Below are positions 42,605 to 51,876 of a stretch of DNA of 64,000 nucleotides, piece by piece. This DNA comes from Candidatus Binatia bacterium (GTDB lineage Bacteria > Desulfobacterota > Binatia > UBA9968): NCBI GenBank assembly GCA_036378835.1, contig DASUVS010000031.1:7002-71001 (forward strand), written 5' to 3'. The notes beneath the pieces were generated by a model. It was not told the origin of the DNA. It was given only the letters and a program-made list of their open reading frames with translations, and searched no databases. A program made the translations under genes and the position numbers. The number at the start of each line of letters is the position of its first letter. The first letter of the stretch is position 1.

Positions 42605-43225
42605 TTAATCCCGCCAGTGCGCGATGATCTCGTCAGATGAAGCGATACGCCCATAGTGTTTCCGCACCAGCGCGACCGCCTCATTATGCGCTCCTGGCCC
42701 GTAGGTGGTGGCGGAGCAGTCTTCAACCAGGGTGATGTAATAATCCAGCATGAAGCCGATCGTTAGGGTATGAAACACGCACATGCCGGTGCCGACTCCG
42801 GTCACCAGCAAACTCTTCACTCCGCGAGCGCGCAAGAGCATGTCCAGATCGGTGCCAATAAACGCGCTGTAACGGTGTTTCGTCACGATCATCTCGCCCG
42901 GTCGCGGTTCTAAACCGGCGTGAAATTCGGCGCCCCAACTGCCTTCGGCGCAAGCGAGCAAGTCTGGGTTTTTGAACTCGGTCCAGATCGGTGAGTTAGT
43001 CCATTGATTGCCGGATGTGCGCACGAAGCAAATTGGAAAGTTGTGCGCGCGGGCTTGCTCCACCAGTCGAATGAGCCGGGGAATCATATTCTGCACGAAA
43101 TCCATGTCGCGCCCCCGCTTGCAGGCGGCACCTTGACGATGACAGAAGTCATTCTGCATATCGACGACAATCAGCATGCCGTGAGTTGAATCGATGCGAT
43201 CTTCAAGGGACATTGCCATTTCCAC
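42605..43225 (-). CDS. Isochorismatase-family cysteine hydrolase
   Basis: 'LIVVDMQNDF', 'LLVTGVGTGMCV' (catalytic Cys region). Confidence 0.85.
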   Translation of the reverse strand: MEMAMSLEDRIDSTHGMLIVVDMQNDFCHRQGAACKRGRDMDFVQNMIPRLIRLVEQARAHNFPICFVRTSGNQWTNSPIWTEFKNPDLLACAEGSWGAEFHAGLEPRPGEMIVTKHRYSAFIGTDLDMLLRARGVKSLLVTGVGTGMCVFHTLTIGFMLDYYITLVEDCSATTYGPGAHNEAVALVRKHYGRIASSDEIIAHWRD

Positions 43226-43228
43226 CTC

Positions 43229-44248
43229 CTATTCGTAGAGCTTCTTGATAAAACCGCTGTCGTCCAGTTCCTTGACGATGCTGGCGTCAATCACCGACTT
43301 TGGATCGGCGCTCCGGGCGCGCGGATTGTCCTTGGCGAGAAATTCGAGGACGCTGCTGGCTCCTTTAAGCGAAGGGTACGGCGCATTCTCGAAGTAGCCG
43401 GAAGCATAAAGCGCGTACGAGCGTTCCAGATATTTTGTCTGCGCCGGCGCAGTGCGAAGTTTCTTCTTCATGACCTCGACCGATTCGGCCCGATTTTTCT
43501 TGAAGTAGGCAATCCCCTCGACATACGCCTTGATGAAGCGAGTGGCGAGGTCGTGGTGTGATCGCAGGTAGGAGCGGGTCGTGTCGATCATGCTGTGCAG
43601 GTAATAGATATCCATATCGGCGAGGTCGGCGAGCACGCGGTAACCAAGATCTTCGGCGATGAAAAAAGTCGGCTCTGTCAGGACCGCCGCATCGATGCCG
43701 CCCTTCTCCAGAGCCGCCATCATCGCCGGAGACGAGCCAACTTGAATGGCTTGCACGTCAGTGGAATTCATTTTCCAGGCACGCAACATCAGCAGCAGAA
43801 CCATATGCGACGATGCGCCTAATCGGGTGACGCCGATGCGTTTGCCTTTGAGATCTTCGGGGCGCTTCAGATCAGCGCGCGCCATCACTCTCTGAACGCC
43901 TTTATTGACAATGGAGGCAACCATTACGACATCGGCGCCGTTGAGCGCGGCATTGATAACAGCGCCGCCGCCGCCGGTCAGAAATTGAATGTCTCCGGCA
44001 ATCAATGAGCTGACGCCACCCGCGGAAGCGCCGCCGACGACGATCACTTCGGGATCGATGCCGTACTTCTTGAATAGCCCCTTCTCTTCGGCGATCCACA
44101 CGGCAGCGTTGATCGGAGTAAACGAGCTCAAGCCGATGCGCAGGCGATCGGCAGCCACCGCGGGGCTTAAAAGCCAGCACGACAGGATGAGTCCTGCGGT
44201 GCTGACACCCGCGAGAGATTTAAAGAGCACATGAGTCATGATCGTCAC
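43229..44248 (-). CDS. NMT1/SsuA-like ABC substrate-binding protein
   Basis: Signal peptide. Related to the 56110 and 57089 paralogues ('ADRLRIGLSS…', C-terminus 'DSGFIKKLYE'). Confidence 0.75.
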   Translation of the reverse strand: MTIMTHVLFKSLAGVSTAGLILSCWLLSPAVAADRLRIGLSSFTPINAAVWIAEEKGLFKKYGIDPEVIVVGGASAGGVSSLIAGDIQFLTGGGGAVINAALNGADVVMVASIVNKGVQRVMARADLKRPEDLKGKRIGVTRLGASSHMVLLLMLRAWKMNSTDVQAIQVGSSPAMMAALEKGGIDAAVLTEPTFFIAEDLGYRVLADLADMDIYYLHSMIDTTRSYLRSHHDLATRFIKAYVEGIAYFKKNRAESVEVMKKKLRTAPAQTKYLERSYALYASGYFENAPYPSLKGASSVLEFLAKDNPRARSADPKSVIDASIVKELDDSGFIKKLYE

Positions 44249-44552
44249 CTCCGCATTAAATCACGCTCTACCCTGTGACCCGTAGGCGGTCTTATCACTC
44301 CGCGGAAAATGCGTCCACTATTGCATTATGGTTACCCACCTACTCCGCTTGCCTGATTTCGAAATGCGCGTCTCAAGCCGGCGTGGCGCGTTCGCCATAT
44401 GCATCCTGTTCAATGCGAATCTGGGGGGAACTTACTGGTAATACACTGAAGAAAATAGTTCTCGGACCTAATGCTCGAATCCGTGCTCAAGATAAGCAGC
44501 AATGTGATTTGGACGATGTGCGAATCCAAGTGTAGGGGATTCGCAGCGTCAT

Positions 44553-44852
44553 CTAAGGCGACGGCTTAAGACGCGCGCGCTGAGAAGCGCGAAGCGGCTT
44601 TCTCAAACCCCTTGTTAGCTCACGCGTTTGCTCTGGCAGGTCTTCTAATCGGATACGCCCGGCTTTTAAGCTTCTTCGAGCTTGTTCGACTCGCTCAAGG
44701 AAGCGCGGATCGTTCTCAAGCTTGTAATCAAACCAGTCGTTGACCATATCGGAGATTGAACGATCCGATGCCGCGGCCTTCAAACGTAGGGCGCGTTAAA
44801 CGTCGGGCTCGAAGTAAACAGTAGCGCGTTTTTTGATTATCCGTAGTGACAT
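44553..44852 (-). pseudogene. Ribbon-helix-helix (CopG-type) antitoxin-like gene interrupted by an in-frame TAA
   Basis: One frame reads MSLRIIKKRATVYFEPDV*RALRLKAAASDRSISDMVNDW…. The stop at 44796-44798 splits the RHH beta-strand from helix 1. Confidence 0.65.
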
Positions 44853-44856
44853 TCCG

Positions 44857-44884
44857 GCGTTCTGACGTCGAAACGTCAAGACGC
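44857..44884. promoter_or_regulatory. 12-bp-arm inverted repeat just upstream of the RHH gene (possible operator)
   Basis: GCGTTCTGACGT-cgaa-ACGTCAAGACGC. 11 of 12 positions can pair, counting one G-U pair. Confidence 0.4.
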
Positions 44885-45081
44885 TCGACACTATCTGACT
44901 ACTAGTTGTAGCGACCACGGGTTATCGGCAGCTTATGCTCGACAGTTCTTTGTGGATTTCAAATAATTACTGTGCCCCAAACCGTGTTACTTGCCAACGT
45001 CAATCACGCCTGTCCAGAAATGCCGCGGCTATGGCGTCTTATCGCACTCGTGTCGGAACCCCTCGGCCGCATCGCCGTGCA

Positions 45082-45894
45082 TCAGTGTTTATCTTCCGGC
45101 TTGACGTATTTGACTGTGCCGCCGCCTTTTTGCGAATGCAGATAACCTTCGACGTCGCTCAATGGATTGGTGTAGTAGCGCATGCGGTGCGACACCAAAT
45201 CATCCGCTTTCAAAGCCATTTCAAAAGAAAGATCTTTCTGCATATAGGCTGCGATCTTGGCGTTCTCTAAAGTTGCGCCGTTGCGGCTGGCCATTTCCTT
45301 CACCAAGGTGTCGATGTATGAGTCGAGCTCTTTTTCCGGCACGACCTGAGATATCAAGCCGATCCGTTCGGCTTCGATCCCGTTTAGATTTCGCCCGGTA
45401 AGTGAAATGAAGAAGGCTTTCTTGAACGGAATGCCTGCGTGGAACAATGTCGGGGTGGCGGTGGCGCCGTAGCTGCCGCGGATGACTTCCGGCATGCCGA
45501 ACTGGGCGGTATCGGCGGCGATAACGATATCGTGGCCATTGATCATCGCTAGGCCGCCGCCAAGACACCAGCCTCTGACTACGGCGATCGTTACCTGCGG
45601 CAGTTTGCGCATGATGTCGACGATTTCCGCAACCCCACCGATGCCGCGAGTACGGCGACGGTTTTCCTGGCCTCTCATATCGTAAAGATCGCGACCCGAA
45701 GAGTACGTGCCACCGGCACCGCTGGTGACGATGCAGCGGATCTTGTCGTTGTTGGCCAGAGAGCGAAGAATGCCGGCAAGCTCGCTCAGTAGAACGATGC
45801 TCAGCGCGTTTTTTTTCTCCGGCCGGTTGAGAGTCAACCAGGCAATGCCCTCGGTTTCGTTAATGTCGGCGATGATCAGTTTGTTGTCGGACAT
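45082..45894 (-). CDS. Enoyl-CoA hydratase/isomerase (crotonase) family protein
   Basis: 'IAWLTLNRPEKKNAL', 'CIVTSGAGGTYSSGRD'. The ATG at 45894 follows GAAGGAG. Confidence 0.88.
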   Translation of the reverse strand: MSDNKLIIADINETEGIAWLTLNRPEKKNALSIVLLSELAGILRSLANNDKIRCIVTSGAGGTYSSGRDLYDMRGQENRRRTRGIGGVAEIVDIMRKLPQVTIAVVRGWCLGGGLAMINGHDIVIAADTAQFGMPEVIRGSYGATATPTLFHAGIPFKKAFFISLTGRNLNGIEAERIGLISQVVPEKELDSYIDTLVKEMASRNGATLENAKIAAYMQKDLSFEMALKADDLVSHRMRYYTNPLSDVEGYLHSQKGGGTVKYVKPEDKH

Positions 45895-45911
45895 AAAAAC
45901 TCCTTCGTAAG

Positions 45912-45986
45912 ATCGTTCAACGTTCAATGTCAACGGTTAGGTCGTTCAAAACGTTCAAGCCGTTCAAGATGTTCGCCCGTTCGGCC
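45912..45986. repeat. Direct array of ~9-nt GTTCAA units (about 8 copies)
   Basis: 'cgttcaacgttcaatgtcaacggttaggtcgttcaaaacgttcaagccgttcaagatgttcgcccgttcgg' fills the spacer between the amidohydrolase and the crotonase. Confidence 0.85.
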
Positions 45987-45990
45987 GGAC

Positions 45991-47001
45991 TCAAGAGAGG
46001 CGGTAAAAGGCTTTCGCGTTATCCGCAAGGATTCTTTGTTTGGTTCCGTCCGAAATGTCTTTACGCCGGACTACTTGGCTGACGCTGTGCGGCCATTCCA
46101 TGTCCCAGTGCGGATAATCCGAGGCATACATCATGCACTGATCGCCAAACTGTTCGATTACCAACGGCAATGCCGACTCCTCGCCTTCGCAGGTGAAATA
46201 GCAGCGGTTGTTTTTAACGTACTCGCTGGGCAACATCTTGAGCGGCTCCATCTCGGATTTGCGTCTGAGATATTTTTCATCGAAGCGCTCCATCCAATAG
46301 GGGAGCCAGCCGACGCCGGCTTCGAGAAACGCGACTTTCAATTTCGGAAAGCGGTCCAGCACGCCATTGGAAATGATCGCCACAATCGTCAGCATCTGCT
46401 CGAACGGATGGGAGGTCATGTGCACGCCAAGATATTTGTGAAAGCGCCAGTTGCCTTGCGAGACCTGCGCGGTGGCGTGAAAGCCGATAGGCACACCGAG
46501 CTCCTGAGCTTCCGCATAGATGGGATCGAACTCCGGTTGGCCCAGGTCCATACCCGATTGCACGTAAGTCGGCACCATCACGGCTACCGCACCGAGTTCT
46601 TGCACACTGCGGCGGATCTCCTTCACCGCTTCAGGCACAACTTGCGGCGCGATCACGGCAGCGTATTTAACTCGATTGCCGCTCTGCTTGCAGAAATCGC
46701 AAGCCCAGTTGTTGTATGCCTTGGCCAACTCAATCACCAAGTCGAGCTCGCGTACCAGGCCGATGGACAGCGCGTTGCTAGGATAAGCGACGGCATCGCC
46801 GATCTTCTCCACATCCAGATCCTTGCAGTACTCCTGGGGCGTGGCCGGCTTCCTGCCGGTTGTATCGTTAAGAAAGATATCCCAGCCGAAGGCAGGGAAA
46901 TACGGCCCGCTTCTTATGCGAAAACGTTCCGGCAAATAGTTCTTATAAGCGGGCCCATCGAGGTGATGCGCATCGGCGTCGATCACAGTAAAGTCCACCA
47001 A
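45991..47001 (-). CDS. Amidohydrolase_2 family (ACMSD/LigW-like decarboxylase/hydrolase)
   Basis: 'IDADAHH', 'FHATAQ', 'ASDYPHWD'. Confidence 0.85.
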   Translation of the reverse strand: MVDFTVIDADAHHLDGPAYKNYLPERFRIRSGPYFPAFGWDIFLNDTTGRKPATPQEYCKDLDVEKIGDAVAYPSNALSIGLVRELDLVIELAKAYNNWACDFCKQSGNRVKYAAVIAPQVVPEAVKEIRRSVQELGAVAVMVPTYVQSGMDLGQPEFDPIYAEAQELGVPIGFHATAQVSQGNWRFHKYLGVHMTSHPFEQMLTIVAIISNGVLDRFPKLKVAFLEAGVGWLPYWMERFDEKYLRRKSEMEPLKMLPSEYVKNNRCYFTCEGEESALPLVIEQFGDQCMMYASDYPHWDMEWPHSVSQVVRRKDISDGTKQRILADNAKAFYRLS

Positions 47002-47021
47002 TTAACCTCCTAAACTATCGG

Positions 47022-47118
47022 CTGTTCAAAATGTCAAATTGTTTCAAACCGTTCAAAACCTTAGGCCTTGACCATCCCGGGGTGCCTTGGACTCTCTGAG
47101 ATTGAACGCTTGAACGGT
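47022..47118. repeat. GTTCAA-unit array with inverted TTGAAC arm
   Basis: 'ctgttcaaaatgtcaaattgtttcaaaccgttcaaaacc' … 'gattgaacgcttgaacggtc'. Confidence 0.8.
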
Positions 47119-47126
47119 CTTATCTT

Positions 47127-48821
47127 TTAATCCTGCAGCCCATAGCGATGCGCGATGTTGAGAAAGATCGAACCGACGATCACAGTGCCGATGGTGATGA
47201 TTAGGCTGAAGGCCGCCAACTCGCCGACATGGCCGTTGTCCCATAGCTCCCAGATGGTGACCGCAACCACTTGCGATCCGGGCGAGTAGAGCAACAGTGC
47301 AATGGATAATTCCTTAAACGTAATTAGAAAGATATAAATCCAGCCGGCGAGCAGCGCGGGCATAATCAGCGGCACGACCACGTGCCGGACCATTTGGAAC
47401 CAGCTGGCCCCGCTGGTAGTGGCGCCCTCCTCGAGTTCTTTATGCAGGCTTAAAAGCGCCGAATGGCTGAAGCGGATTCCATAAGGCAGATAGCGCGCGA
47501 TGAATGCCAGCACCAGGATCCAGATCGTGCCATAAACCGGCACCGGCAGGATGAGATACATCTTAAGAATCGCTATGCCCATGACAATGCCGGGGAAAAC
47601 CAGCGGCAGCATGGCCATCTGGTCCAGTAGCCAACGCCATTTGATTGACGCGCGGACGATCAACCAGGCGGCAAAGAAGGTAATGAGCACGGCAACCGTC
47701 GCCGAGCTGATGCTCACCGTCAAGCTGTTCAGCACCGAGTGAATGATACTGCTATCGGCAAACGCGGTGGCATAATTGTTGAGCGTCAACATCGAGAATG
47801 CTTTGCGCGACGGCACTTGAGCGAACGGCAGGAACGAGGACCAGGCGATGGCCGCGATGGGCACGAACTGGAGCAACGGTAAAGCCAGCATCAAGAAGCC
47901 GCCCAACCAGCGCCATTTGCCGAGCTCGATACGGTTCGGGCGAAAGTTTTTGCCGCTGATGGTGGTGAATTTATAAGTCTTACTGGTGATGCGGTAATAG
48001 GGGATCAGGCCCAGGCCCACTAGAACGATGAGAATGATGGAATAGGCGCTGGCTTCGCCATACTTGGGAATGAGCCCGCCTTTTATTTGCAAATAGATTT
48101 TCGTCGTGAGCACTTCGACGCCGGCGGGAATACCGATCAGCGCCGGGATCTCGAAAGCTTCGAGCGAGCGGATGAAAGTCAGTATCAGAACTGCCAAGAC
48201 GCTGGGCAATGCCAGCGGAAAAGTCACCCGCCGGAAAACCTGCCAGCCGCTGCTACCTGCCGTGGTGGCGGCTTCTTCCAGCGATGGATCCATGGAACGA
48301 AACGGCGTCGACATCAGCAGGAACACGATCGGAATCCACAGAAAACTTTCGACCAGGATCATTCCACTCATTGAGAATATATTGAACAAAGGTTGGCCGG
48401 TCCAGGCAACGGCCGGAGCATTGAGAATTCCCGCCTTGGGCCCCAGGAGCATGATCCAGCCGACGACTTTGATGATGCCCGGAATGGCAAACGATACGTA
48501 GGCGGAAACGTAGGCGAGCTTGCGAAACGGCGCATTGCTGCGCTCGGCCAGCCAAGCCAATACCGTTCCATAAACCAGAGCGATGCCGGCGCTGCCGACC
48601 GAGAAGATCATCGAATTGGCCAGCAGAGTTTTAACGTCGCCCAAGGAATCGATGATATTGGTAAAATGCTGGATAGTGAAACTACCCGCTTGCAGGCCGC
48701 GGTCCGTCACCAGGCTGGTGTGCAAAATGAAGAAGAACGGCGGCAGCACCAGGTAGGCTAAGGTCACGCTGGTTAAAAGAAACAGCCACTGGGCTGGATT
48801 GCGCATCATCATGGCAAACAT
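47127..48821 (-). CDS. Fused two-domain ABC permease (FbpB/iron(III)-type)
   Basis: 564-aa protein with about 12 TM segments and two binding-protein-dependent permease halves. Confidence 0.8.
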   Translation of the reverse strand: MFAMMMRNPAQWLFLLTSVTLAYLVLPPFFFILHTSLVTDRGLQAGSFTIQHFTNIIDSLGDVKTLLANSMIFSVGSAGIALVYGTVLAWLAERSNAPFRKLAYVSAYVSFAIPGIIKVVGWIMLLGPKAGILNAPAVAWTGQPLFNIFSMSGMILVESFLWIPIVFLLMSTPFRSMDPSLEEAATTAGSSGWQVFRRVTFPLALPSVLAVLILTFIRSLEAFEIPALIGIPAGVEVLTTKIYLQIKGGLIPKYGEASAYSIILIVLVGLGLIPYYRITSKTYKFTTISGKNFRPNRIELGKWRWLGGFLMLALPLLQFVPIAAIAWSSFLPFAQVPSRKAFSMLTLNNYATAFADSSIIHSVLNSLTVSISSATVAVLITFFAAWLIVRASIKWRWLLDQMAMLPLVFPGIVMGIAILKMYLILPVPVYGTIWILVLAFIARYLPYGIRFSHSALLSLHKELEEGATTSGASWFQMVRHVVVPLIMPALLAGWIYIFLITFKELSIALLLYSPGSQVVAVTIWELWDNGHVGELAAFSLIITIGTVIVGSIFLNIAHRYGLQD

Positions 48822-48953
48822 AGGCAGGCCCTCTTAGGCTCCTAGAGTTTCTTTTTCCTTCTTCCTATTTCAATGGTTGAGAAGGAGCAACTTGAGTTAA
48901 CGACCACTGCTTTGCGTCTCTCCTCGCTAATTGAAGTGGAACCGCTGAGCGCA

Positions 48954-50000
48954 TTACCTGCGGCTGACTTCTTTGAGCAGTTTCTCCCAACGCTCGAGTT
49001 CTTTTTCGTACTTCTCGGTGCTGATTCCATGGTCCGGCCGCCAGCGTTTGAAACCGAGATCCTTGGTGGCGCTGCCATACTGGTACTTTGCCAGAAGCGC
49101 TTGCCCTTCGGCTCCCAAGAGATAATCCGCCATCAGCAGCGCGGCGTGAGGATGCGGCGGTTGCGCGGCAATTGCGGCGCCGCCCACATTAGTTGGCACG
49201 AGATCCAACGGCACCCACTCCACCGGCGCGCCTTTGGCGACCGCAACCAGCACGTGATTACGAAAGATACCCGGCGAGGCTAATACTTCGCCCGAGGCGA
49301 TCAGGTCGAGCAAGGCCGGCGGAATAATCGTATGCAGCGCGATCTCCTGGACCTTGAGTTTCCGGACAAACTCCTGGCCCTTGGTCTTTAGCATGGCGCC
49401 GATCACTTTGTAGATCGGATCGCTCAGCGATACACCCATGCGCCCTTTGAGGTCAGGATGAAGCAGCCCTTCGAAATTTTTCGGCACTGCTCCCTTGGAG
49501 AGCAGGTTCTTGTTATAGGCAAAGCCGATATACGATTCACGGGCGATCGCCCAAAAATACAGACCCCGCTCACCCTTCTCTTTGGCTTCTTCCGGATACG
49601 AGGCAAAATGGGGCGAATGATAGGGCCGCAGGAGAAAAGCATCGCGCAGGAACATAAGATTGCCTTCGGTGGTTTCCACCGTGTCGGCAATGAATCTTTT
49701 CGCTTTCGATTCCTCGAACATTCTTGTAGTGATGTCCGAGCCCGAGACTCGATAGGCTTCGATCTTGACGCCGGAATACTTGCTTTCGAATGCTTTGACC
49801 ATCGCTTTGTAAGAGTCACCTGCCAGTGAGGTATACCAGGTCAGCTTGCCCTCGTTTTTTGCGCCGTCGTACAAAACCTGTTCACGATCCGCGCCGTTGT
49901 AAGTCACCAGCTCCGAAATCGTCGCCGGCTTGCGGGCTTGTGCGCGCAGTGTCGCGGGAAACAGCATAAAAACCAACAGCAAAACACCCAGTATTTTCAT
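48954..50000 (-). CDS. ABC extracellular solute-binding protein (FbpA/family 1-like)
   Basis: The ATG at 50000 gives the signal peptide 'MKILGVLLLVFMLFPATLRA'. The gene sits upstream of the permease. Confidence 0.75.
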   Translation of the reverse strand: MKILGVLLLVFMLFPATLRAQARKPATISELVTYNGADREQVLYDGAKNEGKLTWYTSLAGDSYKAMVKAFESKYSGVKIEAYRVSGSDITTRMFEESKAKRFIADTVETTEGNLMFLRDAFLLRPYHSPHFASYPEEAKEKGERGLYFWAIARESYIGFAYNKNLLSKGAVPKNFEGLLHPDLKGRMGVSLSDPIYKVIGAMLKTKGQEFVRKLKVQEIALHTIIPPALLDLIASGEVLASPGIFRNHVLVAVAKGAPVEWVPLDLVPTNVGGAAIAAQPPHPHAALLMADYLLGAEGQALLAKYQYGSATKDLGFKRWRPDHGISTEKYEKELERWEKLLKEVSRR

Positions 50001-50260
50001 TGACCCTACTTGCCTCCCCTTACGGTTCTTACCTCTCACTTGCCAAACTGACAAGCGCCATGCGCTGTGTTCCTATGAATTGTCGTAAGCTCGGTATGCT
50101 TCCGAGTCCCTGCCAGCGGCGTGATTGCTCGCGCCTAACAGAACTGGGCCGAAGCTTCCAGCCAATCTGCGGCTGCCAAATCTACGGCCCATCGAGGGTG
50201 AATGCAATACTGCTCGGTGAGGGCCGGACGGATGGCAAGGGCGGCGGTCGGACCTATGTT

Positions 50261-50283
50261 CGGCAAAGAACAGATCTTTGCCG
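50261..50283 (-). terminator. 9-bp hairpin downstream of the Bug-like gene (possible terminator, no U-tract)
   Basis: CGGCAAAGA-acaga-TCTTTGCCG, about 40 nt after the stop at 50324. Confidence 0.25.
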
Positions 50284-50323
50284 GGCATAGGTGAATTTGC
50301 GCCTGCTGTCGAGGAATTGAAGA

Positions 50324-51418
50324 TTACTTGTTCACCTGGTCTATGTACTGCCGGATGAAACTGACGATCTCAGGCGGTGTTTGTGAAACTTTTTGAAACA
50401 ACCGCTCGCCCTGCTCGCCGACTTCGAAACGCGGTTGAAAACGCATCGCCTTCATCGCCTCGGCATTGAAGTCGGAATCTTTGGAGAGGGACACAATAGC
50501 CTGCCTGAGGATCGCGATGGTTTCGGCGGGCGAGTTTGGCGGCAACATGATCAGGCGCGTCATGTTCGTGCTCGACATGTTGGCCGCTTTGAGCGCTTCA
50601 TACTTTATTCCCGAGGGCATTTTACCAAACACTTGCCGGTAATAGTGGGTGAAGGGCAACAACTCCGGCACGTCCGGGCTGACGATGACTTCTCCATCGG
50701 GCGAAACCAAATCGGTGTAGTAAAGCGGGGTCACTTCACCGGTTTTAACCATCTGCGGTTCGACGGTGGCCCGGTAAGCGGGAAGAGTTTCGTCGTGATA
50801 TTGGGCCTCATTGCGTTGAACGGCCAATCGAGCGGTTGAGCTGGAACTGTAACCCGTCACATAATCATACTTGAGCCCGAGCAGGTCGAACGAGAGCCGG
50901 AAGCGCACGTCTTTCGAGCTGCTCGCGCCCAGCCCCGCGGCCCTAAACCGTTCCGCTTTCACGAAGTCTGCCGGTTTCTTGATTCCCGGCGGTGTGTCAG
51001 CTCGTATATAAGACACCGTAACGCCGTGCACACCGGTGATAAACCCGAACTTGCCGAGATCGACACGGAGCCCCGGGTCCTTCGTTTGCTGGTGAAACAG
51101 GCTGCCGGTGAAGTAGCCGGCCGTCAGCCCATCCGGTTTGGCGACTTCTCCGATATAATTGACTCCTGTGATGCCGCCGCCACCGCCCATGTTTTGAATC
51201 ACGACTGCGGGCTGCCCCGGGATATGTCTGCCCAGATGCTTGCCGAAAACTCGCCCTTCGATATCCGTAGGGCCGCCGGCGGCAAAGTTGATCACGATGG
51301 TTAAAGTCTTTCCCTGATAATAGGGCGCCTTTTCAGCCGCGAATGCTTGGGTCCATGCCGCAATGAAAAAAGAGCAGCCGATAAGCCGGAAGAACAGTCG
51401 CAAGTTATTCGTTCTCAC
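50324..51418 (-). CDS. Bug/TctC-family substrate-binding protein
   Basis: Paralogue of the 39060 gene ('HLGRHIPGQPAVVIQNMGGGGG', 'AKPDGLT'). The GTG at 51418 follows AAAGGAA, while the ORF-track start is 51466. Confidence 0.78.
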   Translation of the reverse strand: MRTNNLRLFFRLIGCSFFIAAWTQAFAAEKAPYYQGKTLTIVINFAAGGPTDIEGRVFGKHLGRHIPGQPAVVIQNMGGGGGITGVNYIGEVAKPDGLTAGYFTGSLFHQQTKDPGLRVDLGKFGFITGVHGVTVSYIRADTPPGIKKPADFVKAERFRAAGLGASSSKDVRFRLSFDLLGLKYDYVTGYSSSSTARLAVQRNEAQYHDETLPAYRATVEPQMVKTGEVTPLYYTDLVSPDGEVIVSPDVPELLPFTHYYRQVFGKMPSGIKYEALKAANMSSTNMTRLIMLPPNSPAETIAILRQAIVSLSKDSDFNAEAMKAMRFQPRFEVGEQGERLFQKVSQTPPEIVSFIRQYIDQVNK

Positions 51419-51876
51419 TGCGATTCCTTTCGTGATGAGTTGATCCACAAGAGCGCTAATGTTCACAACAAGGTACGGCTATAGAGCTGGTATGATTTTA
51501 TCGCCTGAATACCTCTAAATTTCTTGCCCGCATTACTACCGCAACCGGCTTCGGGTTGTCTATCTCTTTTGTTGAGGTGATCAAGGGACAGCCGGCGGTC
51601 ATTATTCGGCTTGCTGCTGAACCTCACGAGGGCGAGAGCAGTTTACTCATCCAAACTTGATTGGGAAGCTAACCATTCTTGCCAGTGATCGCATTGGAAC
51701 ACGCCGGCCCGCGTGGTGGAAATTATTTTCCATTGGTCATGACGAACAGCAGCGGAATCCTTCGACAGCAGTCAGAAAGACTAAACGAGCCCTCAAAATG
51801 GCAGATGAGATGCTCTTCGATTGTACCGCTCGGCTATATTCAAACCCACAGGCTCAGATTGAAGAATTCAGACGGC

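Noticed and set aside
44249-44552. Degraded RelE/ParE toxin downstream of the RHH gene
   Set aside because: Fragments such as 'KGFEKAASRFSAR' and 'PRTIFFSVLPV' are only vaguely toxin-like. That is too weak to call without a frameshift-aware search.
46036-47013. 325-aa ORF on the plus strand
   Set aside because: It is antisense to the amidohydrolase_2 gene, whose product carries recognisable motifs (DADAHH, SDYPHWD). The plus-strand product has none.
45912-47118. CRISPR array
   Set aside because: The GTTCAA units are only about 9 nt long, degenerate and contiguous, with no spacers of CRISPR size. No cas genes are in the window.
51800-51850. tRNA-like string 'gccgagcggt' on the minus strand
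   Set aside because: It resembles a class II tRNA D-loop, but no acceptor stem, anticodon arm or GTTCGAATC-type T-arm can be drawn around it.
51467-51876. Hidden gene or selenoprotein in the 410-nt gap between the ACAD and Bug-like genes
   Set aside because: I translated all minus-strand frames and found only short ORFs without recognisable sequence. Reading through the one in-frame TGA gives an implausible peptide.
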